Shown: piece by piece, positions 31,931-32,000 of the stretch
Layout of the letters: every line of letters begins with the position of its first letter
Numbering within the stretch: the stretch's first letter is position 1
Assembly (NCBI GenBank): GCA_963704755.1
Contig: OY969938.1
Location: 2,550,001-2,582,000, forward strand
Direction of reading: 5' to 3'
DNA: 32,000 nt
DNA from: an uncultured Chloroflexia bacterium
GTDB lineage: Bacteria > Chloroflexota > Anaerolineae > Anaerolineales > Anaerolineaceae
Translations under genes and position numbers: made by a program
The notes under the pieces: model-generated
The model's input: the letters and a program-made list of their open reading frames with translations, nothing else
Databases searched by the model: none
Told to the model about the DNA's origin: nothing

Positions 31931-32000
31931 ACTAAAAATTATCTGTGTCCATCTGTGACCATCAGTGGCTTTTCCCCACCTTTGCGCGGACGATGGCTTT

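Overview
This is a bacterial chromosomal window with moderately high, visibly mosaic GC. I cannot name the organism; the gene content gives a weak Chloroflexota-like impression only.

**1-6.9 kb.** A minus-strand type I-C CRISPR-Cas effector operon, cas3-cas5-cas8c-cas7, runs off the left edge. No CRISPR array, cas1, cas2 or cas4 lies in the window. A WYL-domain regulator sits immediately upstream. cas5, cas8c and cas7 are intact, but cas3 carries a 1-nt frameshift at the Walker A motif and an in-frame TGA before helicase motif VI.

**7.2-17.5 kb.** This is an accessory patch. It holds a decayed IS3-family element and two diverged copies of an Xre-like HTH gene. The copies bracket a LAL/MalT-type STAND-LuxR regulator, an amidohydrolase and an MFS transporter. 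A large serine recombinase follows, and its last 40 nt overlap tRNA-Ser(GCU). A second tRNA-Ser(UGA) comes next.

**17.7-31.7 kb.** This half looks more core-like:
- an ExeM/NucH-like secreted nuclease
- a translationally coupled histidine kinase and OmpR-type regulator
- a TipA-like MerR regulator
- dnaN without dnaA
- a translationally coupled triad of paralogous zinc-ribbon proteins of unknown function, two of them C-terminally membrane anchored
- two secreted or membrane hypothetical proteins

**Unexplained signals.**
- A family of ~85-nt intergenic units, each a conserved promoter-like module (TTGTAA-N17-TAAGAA) followed by a 19-29 bp perfect hairpin. Stem sequences differ between copies but stay self-complementary.
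- A 335-bp repeat-rich element upstream of the kinase operon.
- The zinc-ribbon triad.
- The apparently Cas3-defective but otherwise intact type I-C module.
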